NCBI GenBank assembly: GCA_012103315.1
Contig: WLWZ01000011.1
Coordinates: forward strand, 11,869 to 75,868
Direction of reading: 5' to 3'
DNA from: Alphaproteobacteria bacterium
GTDB lineage: Bacteria > Pseudomonadota > Alphaproteobacteria > MPNO01 > UBA2964
Length of the DNA stretch: 64,000 nt
Shown: piece by piece, positions 36,792 through 46,709 of the stretch
Position numbering within the stretch: the first letter of the stretch is position 1
How the letters are laid out: every line of letters starts with the position of its first letter
Notes under the pieces: generated by a model
The model's input: the letters and a program-made list of their open reading frames with translations, nothing else
Database searches by the model: none
Told to the model about the DNA's origin: nothing
Program-made: the position numbers and the translations under genes

Positions 36792-37982
36792 ATGGAGGGA
36801 AGTGTTTCGGGATCTACGACGGTCACGCATAAAGAAATTGTCGCGTGGGCAACTGCTCTTGTCCCTTTCTTGCGCGAGAAAGCAGCCGAGACCGAAAATC
36901 GTCGCTCGATGTTGCCGGAAGTTTATGATCGTTTAAATGAGGCTGGTCTTCTTGGCATAACGTTGGCGCCGGGTCTTGGGGGGCTTGGTATGGGCTTACC
37001 CACACATCTTGAAGCCGTCATGGAAACGGCGCGTGGATGCGGTTCCACTGCCTGGCTACACAGTCTGATCGGCAATCAAAACTATCTCGTTGGTTGGTAT
37101 CCGCCGCAGGCGCAAAATGAAGTCCGGGCAGCAGGTGGATCACTGTTTACGTGTCTGGTTATGGGCGCAACCATCACGGCGGATAAAGCCGAAGGCGGCG
37201 TACGGCTTACCGGAAGTTGGCCATATGTATCTGGTGTAGACCAGGCGAATTGGTTGATGCTTAGTGCGCATGACCCTGACAACCCGAAACGCAACCTGAC
37301 ATGTCTCATTCCGAAATCTTCAGTCTCGGTAAAAGATGACTGGTATTGCTTTGGTATGAAGGGAACGGGCAGTAAAACGGTCTCGTTAGATGACGAATTT
37401 GTGCCTGATCATCGCGTTTTGTGCTTCCGCGAGGCCGAACAAAACGGAATCCCCGGTTCTGCGATAAACGATGGGCTGCTCTACAAAACGAGCCCCAATT
37501 CTACGGTGTTTGCATTTGTCGTTGCCGCTCCGGCCGTGGGGCTGGCGCAGTGTGCTATTGAAGCTTATCGGGATCGTTTAAAAAGTCGGACCAATGCGCG
37601 GATGCCATCAGCGCAATCAGAGTGGGCGTCTTCGCAGCAACGTCTGGGGCGCGCTAGAACGCAATGTGATATCGCGAAGGCGACAGTGCTTGAGAGTGCC
37701 CACAAACTGATGAAACAGCTGGAGGCGGGACAACGTATTTCGGCTGAAGATCGGATTCGCTATCGCATGGCGATGGTCGAAATCGTGCGTCTCTGTAGTG
37801 AGCTCGTCTATGACCTCTTCTGTGATGCTGGAACAGGCGTCATGATGGACGACAGCGGCTTACAACGTGCTTTCCGTGATATACATGTCTTGAGGAGCCA
37901 CTTCGTGATCCTGCCTGAATTTGCGACCGAGAATGCTGGACGAATACAGCTTGGACTCGATCCAACAGGGCCATTTGTGTAA
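36792..37982 (+). CDS. acyl-CoA-dehydrogenase-fold flavin-dependent monooxygenase (HsaA/DszC/C2-hydroxylase class), paralogue 1
   Basis: ACAD-like N-terminal helical domain, middle beta domain and C-terminal domain, with no CoA-binding Glu base. Similar to group-D two-component monooxygenases. Confidence 0.55.
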   Translation: MEGSVSGSTTVTHKEIVAWATALVPFLREKAAETENRRSMLPEVYDRLNEAGLLGITLAPGLGGLGMGLPTHLEAVMETARGCGSTAWLHSLIGNQNYLVGWYPPQAQNEVRAAGGSLFTCLVMGATITADKAEGGVRLTGSWPYVSGVDQANWLMLSAHDPDNPKRNLTCLIPKSSVSVKDDWYCFGMKGTGSKTVSLDDEFVPDHRVLCFREAEQNGIPGSAINDGLLYKTSPNSTVFAFVVAAPAVGLAQCAIEAYRDRLKSRTNARMPSAQSEWASSQQRLGRARTQCDIAKATVLESAHKLMKQLEAGQRISAEDRIRYRMAMVEIVRLCSELVYDLFCDAGTGVMMDDSGLQRAFRDIHVLRSHFVILPEFATENAGRIQLGLDPTGPFV

Positions 37983-38099
37983 AGCGCTCTCGACTTCGGG
38001 TTTATTTGCCGATGAGGTTGTTAATCCGCTCGTTTTCCTTTCCTATATTTGTAAAGAATAACAAACGGCTTCACCTAAACGTTCAAGAGTGGATTGATT

Positions 38100-39314
38100 A
38101 TGCCTGATGCTGGACACAGCGCGGACGTTTCGCGCGAAGAATTGGCAGAACGTGCCCGTGCGATGGTCCCTGTTTTACAGAATCGTGCGCCCGAGGCGGA
38201 AAAGAACCGGCGGGTGCCGGATATCACGCACAAAGAATTTGTCGAAGCAGGATTTTACAGAATGTTCCAGCCGCGCCGCTATGGTGGCTATGAAATGGAC
38301 TGGGATTGTATTCTGGACGTGGCTTCCGAGCTTGGACGCGGTTGTGGTTCGAGCTGTTGGGTGTTTACGAACTTGACCGGTCAAACTTGGATTAATGGGA
38401 TGAAGGGGGAGCAGGCTCAGGATGACGTTTGGAAGGACAATCCTGACGCCGTCATTGCATCATCTTTCCCAGGCAAAGGCGCATCCGTCAAAGTCGTCGA
38501 TGGTGGTTGGATCGCCGATGGTATGTGGGGATTTTCGAGCGGTATCGATTTTGCCGACTGGAGCAACGTCCAGCTTTTCGTGCCACAGGAAAATGGTCCG
38601 CCGCAGCATCAGTTTGCGCTTGTTCCGAAAACCGATTTCACTGAGATGGTGGATGATTGGAACCCGAGCGGGTTGGCAGCGACGGGTAGCCGGTCTTTTG
38701 TTCTGAAAGAAGTGTTCATCCCTGAACATCGGGCAATATCGGCCGGGCAAGTTCAAGGCGGTCCGACCCCGGGGAGCGATGTTAATCCAATCTCGCTCTA
38801 CAAGATTCCACTATTTGCCATGGGGACCAAACAATTTGCTTCGACAGCGGTTGGTATCGCGTTGGGTGCACTGGATGCCATGTGGGCGGATTTAGCAACG
38901 CGCAAATCGGTGGCCGGGGTAAAACTCAGTGAGCAAGGGACGGTTCAGTCTCGCGTTGCTGAGTCGAGCGCTGAGATTGAAGCAGCGCGGGCACTTTTGC
39001 TGGAAGACTTCCGCGAGAGCAATCTGGTTGCGGCGAGCGATGATCCGCCGACCCAAGAGCAACGGGCCCGCTGGCGCCGGAATAATTCTTTTGCTGGTAA
39101 ACTGTGCGTTCAGGCTGTCGAAAGGCTATTTCCGCTGGCAGGCGGGCGAGGACTAGGGTTTGATAGCCCGTATCAACGCGCAGTCCGCGATGTTCATGCC
39201 GCAACCTCACAAAATAGTATGGCGTGGGATGTCGCGGCGACCACCTATGCCCAGCAGCAGTTTGGTGCGGTGATATCAGATCCGAGATATTTTCCCGACA
39301 CCAAAAAGAATTGA
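38100..39314 (+). CDS. acyl-CoA-dehydrogenase-fold flavin-dependent monooxygenase, paralogue 2
   Basis: Same architecture as 36792-37982, with conserved 'GG.EMDW', 'GMWGFSSG' and C-terminal 'ARWRRNNSF' regions. The start is at the ATG at 38100. Confidence 0.55.
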   Translation: MPDAGHSADVSREELAERARAMVPVLQNRAPEAEKNRRVPDITHKEFVEAGFYRMFQPRRYGGYEMDWDCILDVASELGRGCGSSCWVFTNLTGQTWINGMKGEQAQDDVWKDNPDAVIASSFPGKGASVKVVDGGWIADGMWGFSSGIDFADWSNVQLFVPQENGPPQHQFALVPKTDFTEMVDDWNPSGLAATGSRSFVLKEVFIPEHRAISAGQVQGGPTPGSDVNPISLYKIPLFAMGTKQFASTAVGIALGALDAMWADLATRKSVAGVKLSEQGTVQSRVAESSAEIEAARALLLEDFRESNLVAASDDPPTQEQRARWRRNNSFAGKLCVQAVERLFPLAGGRGLGFDSPYQRAVRDVHAATSQNSMAWDVAATTYAQQQFGAVISDPRYFPDTKKN

Positions 39315-39352
39315 TCAGGTATAATCCTCTTATCGCATTTCAGGAGAACGTT

Positions 39353-39832
39353 ATGGCTAAGCTAAGACACATTGCAATGTCGGTTGATGATCCCGAGAAA
39401 ACCGCGGATTTCTATTGTGAAGCGTTTGATATGGAGCGCGTTGGGACAACAGATTCACCGCTGGCCAAAGGTTGCTATGTGTCTGACGGCGTTATTACCG
39501 TTGCGTTGTTAAAATACAAATCCGACCATTGGGCAGGGTATGTTGATGGCGAGGATGAGCGTGGCAAAGATTATGTCGGGCTTCATCATATTGGCTTTTG
39601 GGTCGACGATGCGGAAGAGGCTGATAAAAAGATCGAGAAGGCCGGCGGTAAATACTTCATGGGTCGTCCGGACAAGAAAGCCCCGACAACATTTTATGAA
39701 ATAAAATACCGCGACCCCAATGGCGTCATCTTTGACGTGACCCATCTGGGCTGGGGCGGTGCCACCAAGGACGTCATTCCCGCACCTGGAACACCAGAAC
39801 CACCTGGCCGGGGCCATCCCAAAGATAACTGA
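39353..39832 (+). CDS. VOC family protein
   Basis: 'LRHIAMSVDDPEKTADFY' and 'LHHIGFWVDD'. The start is the ATG at 39353, which follows AGGAGAA. Confidence 0.65.
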   Translation: MAKLRHIAMSVDDPEKTADFYCEAFDMERVGTTDSPLAKGCYVSDGVITVALLKYKSDHWAGYVDGEDERGKDYVGLHHIGFWVDDAEEADKKIEKAGGKYFMGRPDKKAPTTFYEIKYRDPNGVIFDVTHLGWGGATKDVIPAPGTPEPPGRGHPKDN

Positions 39833-41740
39833 TTAGAGAGCTGCCGTTGCTTCGGCGGTTTCCAACTCTTCCTGAAGTTCGAGCCAGGCTTCTTCGGCAT
39901 CCGCTAACGTTTTAGCGGCATATCCAGCTTCAACCTGCAGGGATTTAACCGCTTCGTTATCGCCTTTTTCATATAATTTAGGATCGGCAAGGGCGGTCTG
40001 CAATCTCTCCGTCTCGGTCGTTAATTTTGTTACCTTGTCTTCGGCACGCTTTACGCGTTTACGAAGCGGTGCGAGCTCGTTGCGTTTTTCAGCCGCTAGC
40101 TTGCGTTGTTTTTTCTTTGTAACTTCTGGCATGACAGCTGCAGCAGGCTCGTCGGCCCTTTTTGGCTTCTCGCTATTTTTAGCTGGTTTCGATAAGAGCT
40201 TGCGGTAGTCATCGAGGTCACCGTCATAGGGCGTAACGGTGCCCTGATCGACGAGCCATAGGCGGTCTGCGGTAAGTTCAATGACATGTGGATCATGGCT
40301 GACGATAACAACAGCGCCTTCGAATGCGTTGATCGCCTGAACCAATGCTTCGCGGGCAATAACATCGAGATGGTTGGTCGGTTCGTCGAGGAGCAGGATA
40401 TGGGGTTCGTCACTGCTCATCATCGCAAATAATAATCGTGCCTTTTCACCACCGGATAGGTTACCGGTTCGGGTGTCAGCACGCTGCTGCGAGAAACCAA
40501 ACCGCCCTAAATGATTCCGCAGTTTTACTTCGAGATCTTTTGGTCTTCGACGCGAGAGCTCTATAAGCGGCGTGGCATTGAAATCGAGCTCGTCAGTTTG
40601 GTGTTGGGCGAAATAGCCGACGCGCAATTTCCTGGATTTAACGACATGGCCCGACATCTCTGTCAAACGTCCGGCAAGTAATTTAATCAGGGTTGATTTA
40701 CCGTTACCGTTGGCACCGAGTAGTGCCACGCGGTCATCGAGATCTAATCGGAACGAGACCTTGTTCAGGACAGCTTTGCCATCATAGCCGATTGACGCGT
40801 TGTCGATGCTGTAGAGAGGTGGCGCCAGAGGTTTGGGGTCAGGGAATGTGAAAGCCACCGAGCCGTCTTCGCTGCGTTCTGGAAGTGGTTCCATCCGTTC
40901 CAACATCTTGAGACGGGATTGCGCCTGTCGAGCCTTGGTTGCCTTGTAACGGAACCGGTCGACGAACTTTTGGATGTGAGCCCGCTGTGCTTCCTGTCGA
41001 GCCCGTTCGGAAGCGATGCGCTCGAGCTTTGCGCGGAAACTGATCTCAAATCGATCATAGCCGCCGGTATAAAGCTTGAGGCGCGTGTCATCTAAATGGA
41101 GAATTTGATTTACCACGCGGTTCAACAGCCCGCGATCATGACTAACAATCAGGATCGTTCCCTGATAGCGCTTCAGGTAGTCCTCCAGCCAAAGACAGGC
41201 TTCTAGATCGAGATGGTTTGTTGGCTCATCGAGCAACAGAAGGTCTGGCTGGGTAAACAGTAACCCTGCGAGGGCAACACGCATGCGCCAACCTCCGGAA
41301 AACTCATCACAGGGTCGTTGCATTTCGGCTTCGGAGAACCCCAGCCCGGCAAGGAGGCGAGACGCTCGAGACCGTGCTCGATGAGCTTCCTTTTCATGCA
41401 GCCTCGTATGTATCTCGGCAATGCGGTTGGGGTCCGTCGCGGTTTCAGCTTCTTCGTTAAGCTTCACTAATTCGCGATCGGAAGACATGACGGTTTCGAC
41501 AAGGCTTTGTGAGCCGCTAGGAGCCTCCTGTCGTGTAATCCCGATACGCCAGCGAGATGGGTAATCAATGACACCAGTATCGGGGATTATCGATCCCATG
41601 ATCATATTGAGCAGGGTCGTCTTTCCGGCGCCGTTACGTCCAACGAAACCGACGCGATGGCCTTCATTGATCGCAGTATCGGCGTTGTCAAAAAGGGTCC
41701 GGGGGCCGATCCGGTATGTCAGCCCTTCAATGCGCAACAT
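39833..41740 (-). CDS. uup: ABC-F family ATPase (Uup/YheS-like), two ABC domains plus a C-terminal coiled coil
   Basis: Two Walker A motifs ('GRNGAGKTT', 'GANGNGKST'), two ABC signatures ('LSGGWRMR', 'LSGGEKAR'), no TM domain, and a Lys/Glu-rich coiled-coil tail. Confidence 0.8.
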   Translation of the reverse strand: MLRIEGLTYRIGPRTLFDNADTAINEGHRVGFVGRNGAGKTTLLNMIMGSIIPDTGVIDYPSRWRIGITRQEAPSGSQSLVETVMSSDRELVKLNEEAETATDPNRIAEIHTRLHEKEAHRARSRASRLLAGLGFSEAEMQRPCDEFSGGWRMRVALAGLLFTQPDLLLLDEPTNHLDLEACLWLEDYLKRYQGTILIVSHDRGLLNRVVNQILHLDDTRLKLYTGGYDRFEISFRAKLERIASERARQEAQRAHIQKFVDRFRYKATKARQAQSRLKMLERMEPLPERSEDGSVAFTFPDPKPLAPPLYSIDNASIGYDGKAVLNKVSFRLDLDDRVALLGANGNGKSTLIKLLAGRLTEMSGHVVKSRKLRVGYFAQHQTDELDFNATPLIELSRRRPKDLEVKLRNHLGRFGFSQQRADTRTGNLSGGEKARLLFAMMSSDEPHILLLDEPTNHLDVIAREALVQAINAFEGAVVIVSHDPHVIELTADRLWLVDQGTVTPYDGDLDDYRKLLSKPAKNSEKPKRADEPAAAVMPEVTKKKQRKLAAEKRNELAPLRKRVKRAEDKVTKLTTETERLQTALADPKLYEKGDNEAVKSLQVEAGYAAKTLADAEEAWLELQEELETAEATAAL

Positions 41741-41785
41741 GGTGTTTTGTAATTCGGTTCTTTGAAACGGGTAGCGGCCAGCGGT

Positions 41786-42094
41786 TTACTGTTCCGGTGG
41801 CAAGATTTCAACCGTGCAAATTTCTGCTGTTAGGTGACCTCGACCTATATCCTCCAGATGCATGCGCTTTTGCTCGTTGGAAAGAACTTGTCCTAAGCCC
41901 TGCGTCATCATGAGAATGATTGAACGATCTGCCATATCGAGCCAGTAACCGCGTCTGGCCAATTTGCCATCTGCATCGCGTGCAAAAGGATTGTTGGGAT
42001 CTTGTCCCATGTCGGGTTCGTAGAACTTGGCCATGATCTCTATTCGCTCAATTAAACGGAGCGCTAAACTGCCCAGCTTTTCGACTATTCGCAA
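41786..42094 (-). CDS. small hypothetical protein upstream of uup
   Basis: A 102 aa ORF (or 82 aa from an internal ATG). No recognisable motif. Weak call. Confidence 0.2.
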   Translation of the reverse strand: MRIVEKLGSLALRLIERIEIMAKFYEPDMGQDPNNPFARDADGKLARRGYWLDMADRSIILMMTQGLGQVLSNEQKRMHLEDIGRGHLTAEICTVEILPPEQ

Positions 42095-42163
42095 GAGCTC
42101 AGTTTCCCTGAAGCAGTGTTATGCGTTAGCGTGCGAAAAATTTCATTATTGAAAGGTTTGATC

Positions 42164-43045
42164 ATGCATTGGGCAGATAGACGCGAACGGTTTCGGACCC
42201 TTATTGAAGGAGATCGTTGCGTTCATCCTGGGTCGGTGTTTGATCCGATTTCCGCGCGAATTGCCGAGGAGTTGGGCTTTGAAGTTGGTATGTTTGCTGG
42301 TTCAGTCGCGTCCCAAACAGTTTTGGGGTCTCCGGATCTCATCGTGCTCAGCCTGTCAGAATTTGCGGAGCAGGCTTACCGGATTTGTCGCGCCGGTAAT
42401 CTTTCGCTCTTGGTTGATGCCGATCACGGCTATGGCAATGCTCTGAATGTCCGGCGGACGGTTGAGGAGTTAGAAACCGCTGGCGTTGCAGCGCTGACTA
42501 TTGAAGACACTGAGTTGCCGCAAAGTTATGGCAGCGTCGGCGGTACAAGACTTATTTCGATTGAAGAAGGCGTTGGTAAGATGAAGGCAGCGCTTGACGG
42601 TCGTCAGGACCCCAGTCTCGTCATCGCAGGTCGCACGAGCGCCATGGGAATCACTGGGCCCGAAGACACCGTTGCGCGCATAAAGGCCTATGAAGCTGTT
42701 GGTGTGGACGCTGTGTTTTTGTCCGGCGTCACAAACACAGATCAGCTCGCGGTCGTTTCAGATGCGGTAAACATTCCGATTTTTCTTGGTGGGGCAGCCT
42801 CGGCGCTCGGCGATTTGGATTCACTGAGTGCCGCCGGCGTCCGCATTTGTTTACAGGGGCATCACCCATTCCAGGCCGCGGTAAAGGCGACTTATGACAC
42901 GCTGAAAGCGTTACGGGATGGCACGCCGCCCTCAGAGATAGATACGATTGCGCCGAAAGATATGATGAAACGCCTTACTCACGAAGATGATCATCGTAAA
43001 TGGATGCAGGATTGGTTGGGCGGCGAATTAGCCGAGCGGGATTAA
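42164..43045 (+). CDS. isocitrate lyase / PEP mutase superfamily enzyme (methylisocitrate lyase / carboxyPEP mutase / oxaloacetate decarboxylase-like)
   Basis: 'LLVDADHGYGNALNVRRTVEELETAGVAALTIEDT' is the superfamily hallmark. The start is the ATG at 42164 (MHWADRR...). Confidence 0.65.
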   Translation: MHWADRRERFRTLIEGDRCVHPGSVFDPISARIAEELGFEVGMFAGSVASQTVLGSPDLIVLSLSEFAEQAYRICRAGNLSLLVDADHGYGNALNVRRTVEELETAGVAALTIEDTELPQSYGSVGGTRLISIEEGVGKMKAALDGRQDPSLVIAGRTSAMGITGPEDTVARIKAYEAVGVDAVFLSGVTNTDQLAVVSDAVNIPIFLGGAASALGDLDSLSAAGVRICLQGHHPFQAAVKATYDTLKALRDGTPPSEIDTIAPKDMMKRLTHEDDHRKWMQDWLGGELAERD

Positions 43046-43175
43046 TTCTGCGACGGAATTTCAATTCCGAATCGTTGTATTCAACATGCAACGGTTTTAG
43101 TCATTTATTGCAGCCGTCTTTCTGACGGTTATTTTTATAAACTCTTCGCAAGCAGCTTCGGCGGATTGTAAGCCC

Positions 43176-43838
43176 GTGGAGACGGCTTTCGCAGGTACGA
43201 TAGTTTTGTCTGATGAGGAACAGTCAAGTTTCCAGGCAGACTTTCAATCAGCGTACGTCAAGGTCTGTAATTGGTGGGGGCAGAGTTTCACCGGACCGTT
43301 CAAGGTTATTATTGTTTATCGTGGTCCCTCCCGTGCACTGACGCCAGCCTGGAGAGGCAATCGCGGGACAATGTTTTTCCGCAAAAACACCTTGTTGTTT
43401 CGGAACGCCGCGATCACACATGAACTAACGCATGTGTTGGCACCAAACGGAAATCGTTTTCTCGCAGAAGGCTTGGCTGTATACGCTCAAGAGCATTTGA
43501 AAGGCCTCTCTGCATATCCTAATGATGGAGAGGATATTCATACGCTGGCTAAGGAATTTTCTGAACAGGCAAATTTGTCCGATCTTGATGAGCAGGCGAC
43601 GCCGAGTTCTCTCTCCGTCGATGGTCTCAGCGTGAGAGAGGCCTATTTGGTGTCTGGGTCCTTCGTCCGATATCTGATCGAGCGTTATGGAATGAAGAAA
43701 TTCCGCGAACTATATGCCCTTTCGCCCTTCCAGTCATATCGCAGAAATGCTGGCTCTTCGGGAAGGTGGAAAGATGTTTACAAGAAATCACTAAAATCAC
43801 TGGAAGCTGATTGGCGTGCTATGCTGGGAAAACTTTAG
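43176..43838 (+). CDS. putative zinc metallopeptidase-like protein (HExxH), start uncertain
   Basis: 'AAITHELTHVL' is an HExxH motif. The listed start is a GTG. A hydrophobic signal-peptide-like segment is encoded in frame upstream but is separated from an ATG by a stop codon (see findings). Confidence 0.4.
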   Translation: METAFAGTIVLSDEEQSSFQADFQSAYVKVCNWWGQSFTGPFKVIIVYRGPSRALTPAWRGNRGTMFFRKNTLLFRNAAITHELTHVLAPNGNRFLAEGLAVYAQEHLKGLSAYPNDGEDIHTLAKEFSEQANLSDLDEQATPSSLSVDGLSVREAYLVSGSFVRYLIERYGMKKFRELYALSPFQSYRRNAGSSGRWKDVYKKSLKSLEADWRAMLGKL

Positions 43839-44440
43839 CTAACTTTTTGCCGCTGTTTTCGCCATTTGTACCAGGTGAGGAGGGCGAAAGCGGGGGCGCC
43901 AACTGAAGCGCCGACCACAAACGGCATTTGCCAGCCAAGCCAGACAATGGGTGCGAACAAATAAAGCACGTCATCGAAATCAAACCCCCAGATGCCGGGG
44001 TAGGCTTTGTCGCCGGTGTCAGTGTTCATCTGGTCGATCTTTTCGGCATAGATTTCGGCAGCGAAGACACCGGCCGTGCCCAGGGCACCCATCAAGATCA
44101 TCCAGTTTCCAAAATGTCCGTCACGTAGCCCGATGCCGGCGCCGATGAAGAACAGAGAGGTCACGGTAATATCGCAGAACATGTCATAACGATGACCGCC
44201 AGGAGTAATCTTGCCGGTTAACCGAGCTAGTTCGCCATCAGCGCGGTCCATAAAGGCGGAGAACAACCAGAGCCAGCCGCCCCAGATATCCCACTGGCGA
44301 TCACCGATTGCGAAGGCGGAGCAGGCGGCGACGCCTGTAATTAGCCGCAACGTCGTCAAATGGTTCGGTGTGACGGCCGTGTTGGCCAGCGGGGCGATAC
44401 ATATTTTTGCAATTTTATGGGTCCAGGAGTCGCCGACCAT
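43835..44440 (-). CDS. CDP-alcohol phosphatidyltransferase family protein, translationally coupled to hpnK
   Basis: Signature 'DRADGELARLTGKITPGGHRYDMFCD' (D-x2-D-G-x2-A-R...G...D-x3-D). It is a six-TM protein. Its ATG overlaps the hpnK stop. Confidence 0.7.
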   Translation of the reverse strand: MVGDSWTHKIAKICIAPLANTAVTPNHLTTLRLITGVAACSAFAIGDRQWDIWGGWLWLFSAFMDRADGELARLTGKITPGGHRYDMFCDITVTSLFFIGAGIGLRDGHFGNWMILMGALGTAGVFAAEIYAEKIDQMNTDTGDKAYPGIWGFDFDDVLYLFAPIVWLGWQMPFVVGASVGAPAFALLTWYKWRKQRQKVS

Positions 44441-45270
44441 TATATATCCCTGTATGTCGATAGTTTGATATCAGAATTAGCGATTGCCGCCGCAACATCA
44501 GGCGAGATCAAGGCATCGAATTCCTCTTTAAACTTAAAGTCAGACGCCGCAGGGTCCATACCCTCCCAATCTCCCGTAGCGGGATGAGAGAAAATTTCCG
44601 TGACCCCATCACGCAATTTTGTGATGGCGGACAGGAGCTGGGTTTGATTGAGCGTTCCAGTCTCAGTGATGCCAATAATTTGGTCGTTATACCGGATGCC
44701 CGCCCGCCGCAAACGCCAACGCATCAAACTGATCCATGGTGAAAGTAACACCGCTCCCAAGCCACCATTCTTTTCAGCAGGCAGCCGAACCGCTTTGATG
44801 CCAAATTCCGCTGCATTCTCGAGAATGCAGCTGAGCACGATCGGGTGAAGATGCATATGGTTGTGGGCATTCACATGATCGAGCGCCAAGCCGGTATCTC
44901 GAAAGGCTCTGAACTGCGCTCGAATCTCTGCACTGAGTTGGCGCCGTGCCCTAGGTGAAAAGAAGTAGCGAAACCCTGCGCGAACAAGGTTGTCCTCCAA
45001 GAACCCATTTGGCGCAATGGAGGAAAGCTGGTCCGGTGGTAGCGTAGATCTGCCTCGTGCAACGACGATGTGAAGCCCAACACCAAGATCAGGGTGCCGT
45101 TTAGCGCGCGCGATAGCGTCTCGTACTTCAGGCTCGCCGACCATCAGGCAGGTCGCTGTCAAGATTCCGTTGGAATGTGCTGCTTCGATCGCTTCGTTTA
45201 CCGGAATCGATATGCCGAAATCATCACCCGTGACGATTAAGCGTTTCAGACTGCGTTCTCCCGGCCCCAC
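44440..45270 (-). CDS. hpnK: YdjC-like carbohydrate deacetylase, hopanoid-associated HpnK
   Basis: 'LIVTGDDFGIS' N-terminal ChbG/YdjC motif and 'HVNAHNHMHLHP'. It sits directly after a B12-radical-SAM gene and a GT2 gene, in the hpnIJK order. Confidence 0.65.
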   Translation of the reverse strand: MGPGERSLKRLIVTGDDFGISIPVNEAIEAAHSNGILTATCLMVGEPEVRDAIARAKRHPDLGVGLHIVVARGRSTLPPDQLSSIAPNGFLEDNLVRAGFRYFFSPRARRQLSAEIRAQFRAFRDTGLALDHVNAHNHMHLHPIVLSCILENAAEFGIKAVRLPAEKNGGLGAVLLSPWISLMRWRLRRAGIRYNDQIIGITETGTLNQTQLLSAITKLRDGVTEIFSHPATGDWEGMDPAASDFKFKEEFDALISPDVAAAIANSDIKLSTYRDI

Positions 45271-46673
45271 AGGAAGCGGAAGAACTCGACGCCTTCACGG
45301 GCCTGACGCTTCATGACATTCCAGTCTTTGCACATATCGAAAAATAGCGACGCCATCTTCCGCGGCCGGAAGTAGAAGCGTTTGTAAAACACATCAACCG
45401 CTTCGAAGATCTCTTCTTTGCTAAGATGGTCGTAATGCAGAACGCTATTCTGCACGCCGTTCTCCGCAACCAGCTCGTTGCCATCTTCAGCGATGAGCCA
45501 GCCATTCTCGGTTGCTTGCTTGTACAAGAAAGTCCCTGGATAGGCGGCAGGTAGAGAGACCTGAATAGTCTTTGGGTCGATCTCTTGTGCGTATTGGATG
45601 GTCTCTTCGATTGTATCGCGGGTCTCGCCAGGAAGTCCGACAATGAAAGTCCCGTGGATTAGGATGCCGAGCTCGTGACAGTCACGTGTGAACTGCTTGG
45701 CTTTCGTGACCAATATACCTTTTTTGATATTGTTCAGGACTTTTTGATTTCCTGACTCATAGCCCACGAGAAGCAGGCGTAAGCCGTTTTCTTTCATGAT
45801 CATCAAGGTTTCATACGGGACGTTGGCTTTGGCATTACAAGACCATGTGATGCCCAGTTTTCCGAGTTCACGGGCCAACGCTTCGACGTTCTCACGATTA
45901 TCGGTAAGGGTATCGTCGTCGAAGAAGAACTCCTTGATCTCGGGGAAATTATCGCGTGCATATTTAATTTCGGCGGCGACATTATCAACCGAGCGCGTTC
46001 GGTAATTATGACCAGCAATCGTTTGTGGCCAGAGACAAAACGTACAGCGGGATTTGCAGCCACGGCCGGTATAAAGCGACATATATGGATGCAGCATATA
46101 GCCGTTGTAATAATCGCTGGGGACCAAATGTTCTTTGTAGATTGGTGTGACCCAGGGAAGAGTGTCCATATCTTCGATGAGTGGTCGTTTACCGGTAAAA
46201 TGCGGTTTGCCGTCTTTCAGAATAGTAATCCCAGGGACGTCTTCAAGGGGCTTACCCTCAGCAATTTCCTGAATTGTGAAATCGAATTCATTGTCGCAAA
46301 CAAAATCAATTGCCGGCGACGCGATAATTGTCGCCTCGTTATTGATGGCCACGTGGGCGCCACAAAACCCGATCAATAATTCGGGGTTCAGCTCTTTGAA
46401 AAGTTCAGCGACCTTAGTGTCATTCGCAAAAGACGGCGTTGAAGTGTACAGGACCAAGAACTCGTAGTCCTTCGCGTCCTTTAAGACATCGTCCACCGAT
46501 AACCCTCGTGCCGGCGCATCGACCAGCTTGCTGCCGGGGACTAATGCGGCAAGTTGTGCCAGCCATGTTGGGTACCAGAAGGATTTAACTTCCCGTTTGC
46601 ATTGATATCGTGAACCGGCACCGCCGTCATATCCGGCATAAGTCGGTGGGCTCAAAAAGAGAGTCTTCTTCAT
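45246..46673 (-). CDS. hpnJ: B12-binding radical SAM protein, hopanoid-associated HpnJ
   Basis: N-terminal B12-binding-like domain and a radical SAM core 'CKSRCTFC' (CxxxCxxC). At ~475 aa it matches the HpnJ class. Confidence 0.65.
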   Translation of the reverse strand: MKKTLFLSPPTYAGYDGGAGSRYQCKREVKSFWYPTWLAQLAALVPGSKLVDAPARGLSVDDVLKDAKDYEFLVLYTSTPSFANDTKVAELFKELNPELLIGFCGAHVAINNEATIIASPAIDFVCDNEFDFTIQEIAEGKPLEDVPGITILKDGKPHFTGKRPLIEDMDTLPWVTPIYKEHLVPSDYYNGYMLHPYMSLYTGRGCKSRCTFCLWPQTIAGHNYRTRSVDNVAAEIKYARDNFPEIKEFFFDDDTLTDNRENVEALARELGKLGITWSCNAKANVPYETLMIMKENGLRLLLVGYESGNQKVLNNIKKGILVTKAKQFTRDCHELGILIHGTFIVGLPGETRDTIEETIQYAQEIDPKTIQVSLPAAYPGTFLYKQATENGWLIAEDGNELVAENGVQNSVLHYDHLSKEEIFEAVDVFYKRFYFRPRKMASLFFDMCKDWNVMKRQAREGVEFFRFLWGRENAV

Positions 46674-46709
46674 CCTGTATTCCGTATCCCCTGGATCTTG
46701 ATTTCTGGC

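Noticed and set aside
43109-43140. Hairpin 'ccgtctttctgacgg' plus T-run called as the terminator of the PEP-mutase-family gene
   Set aside because: Not fully rejected, but ambiguous. The same nucleotides encode the hydrophobic core of a possible signal peptide for the downstream HExxH protein, so I did not list it as a firm terminator feature.
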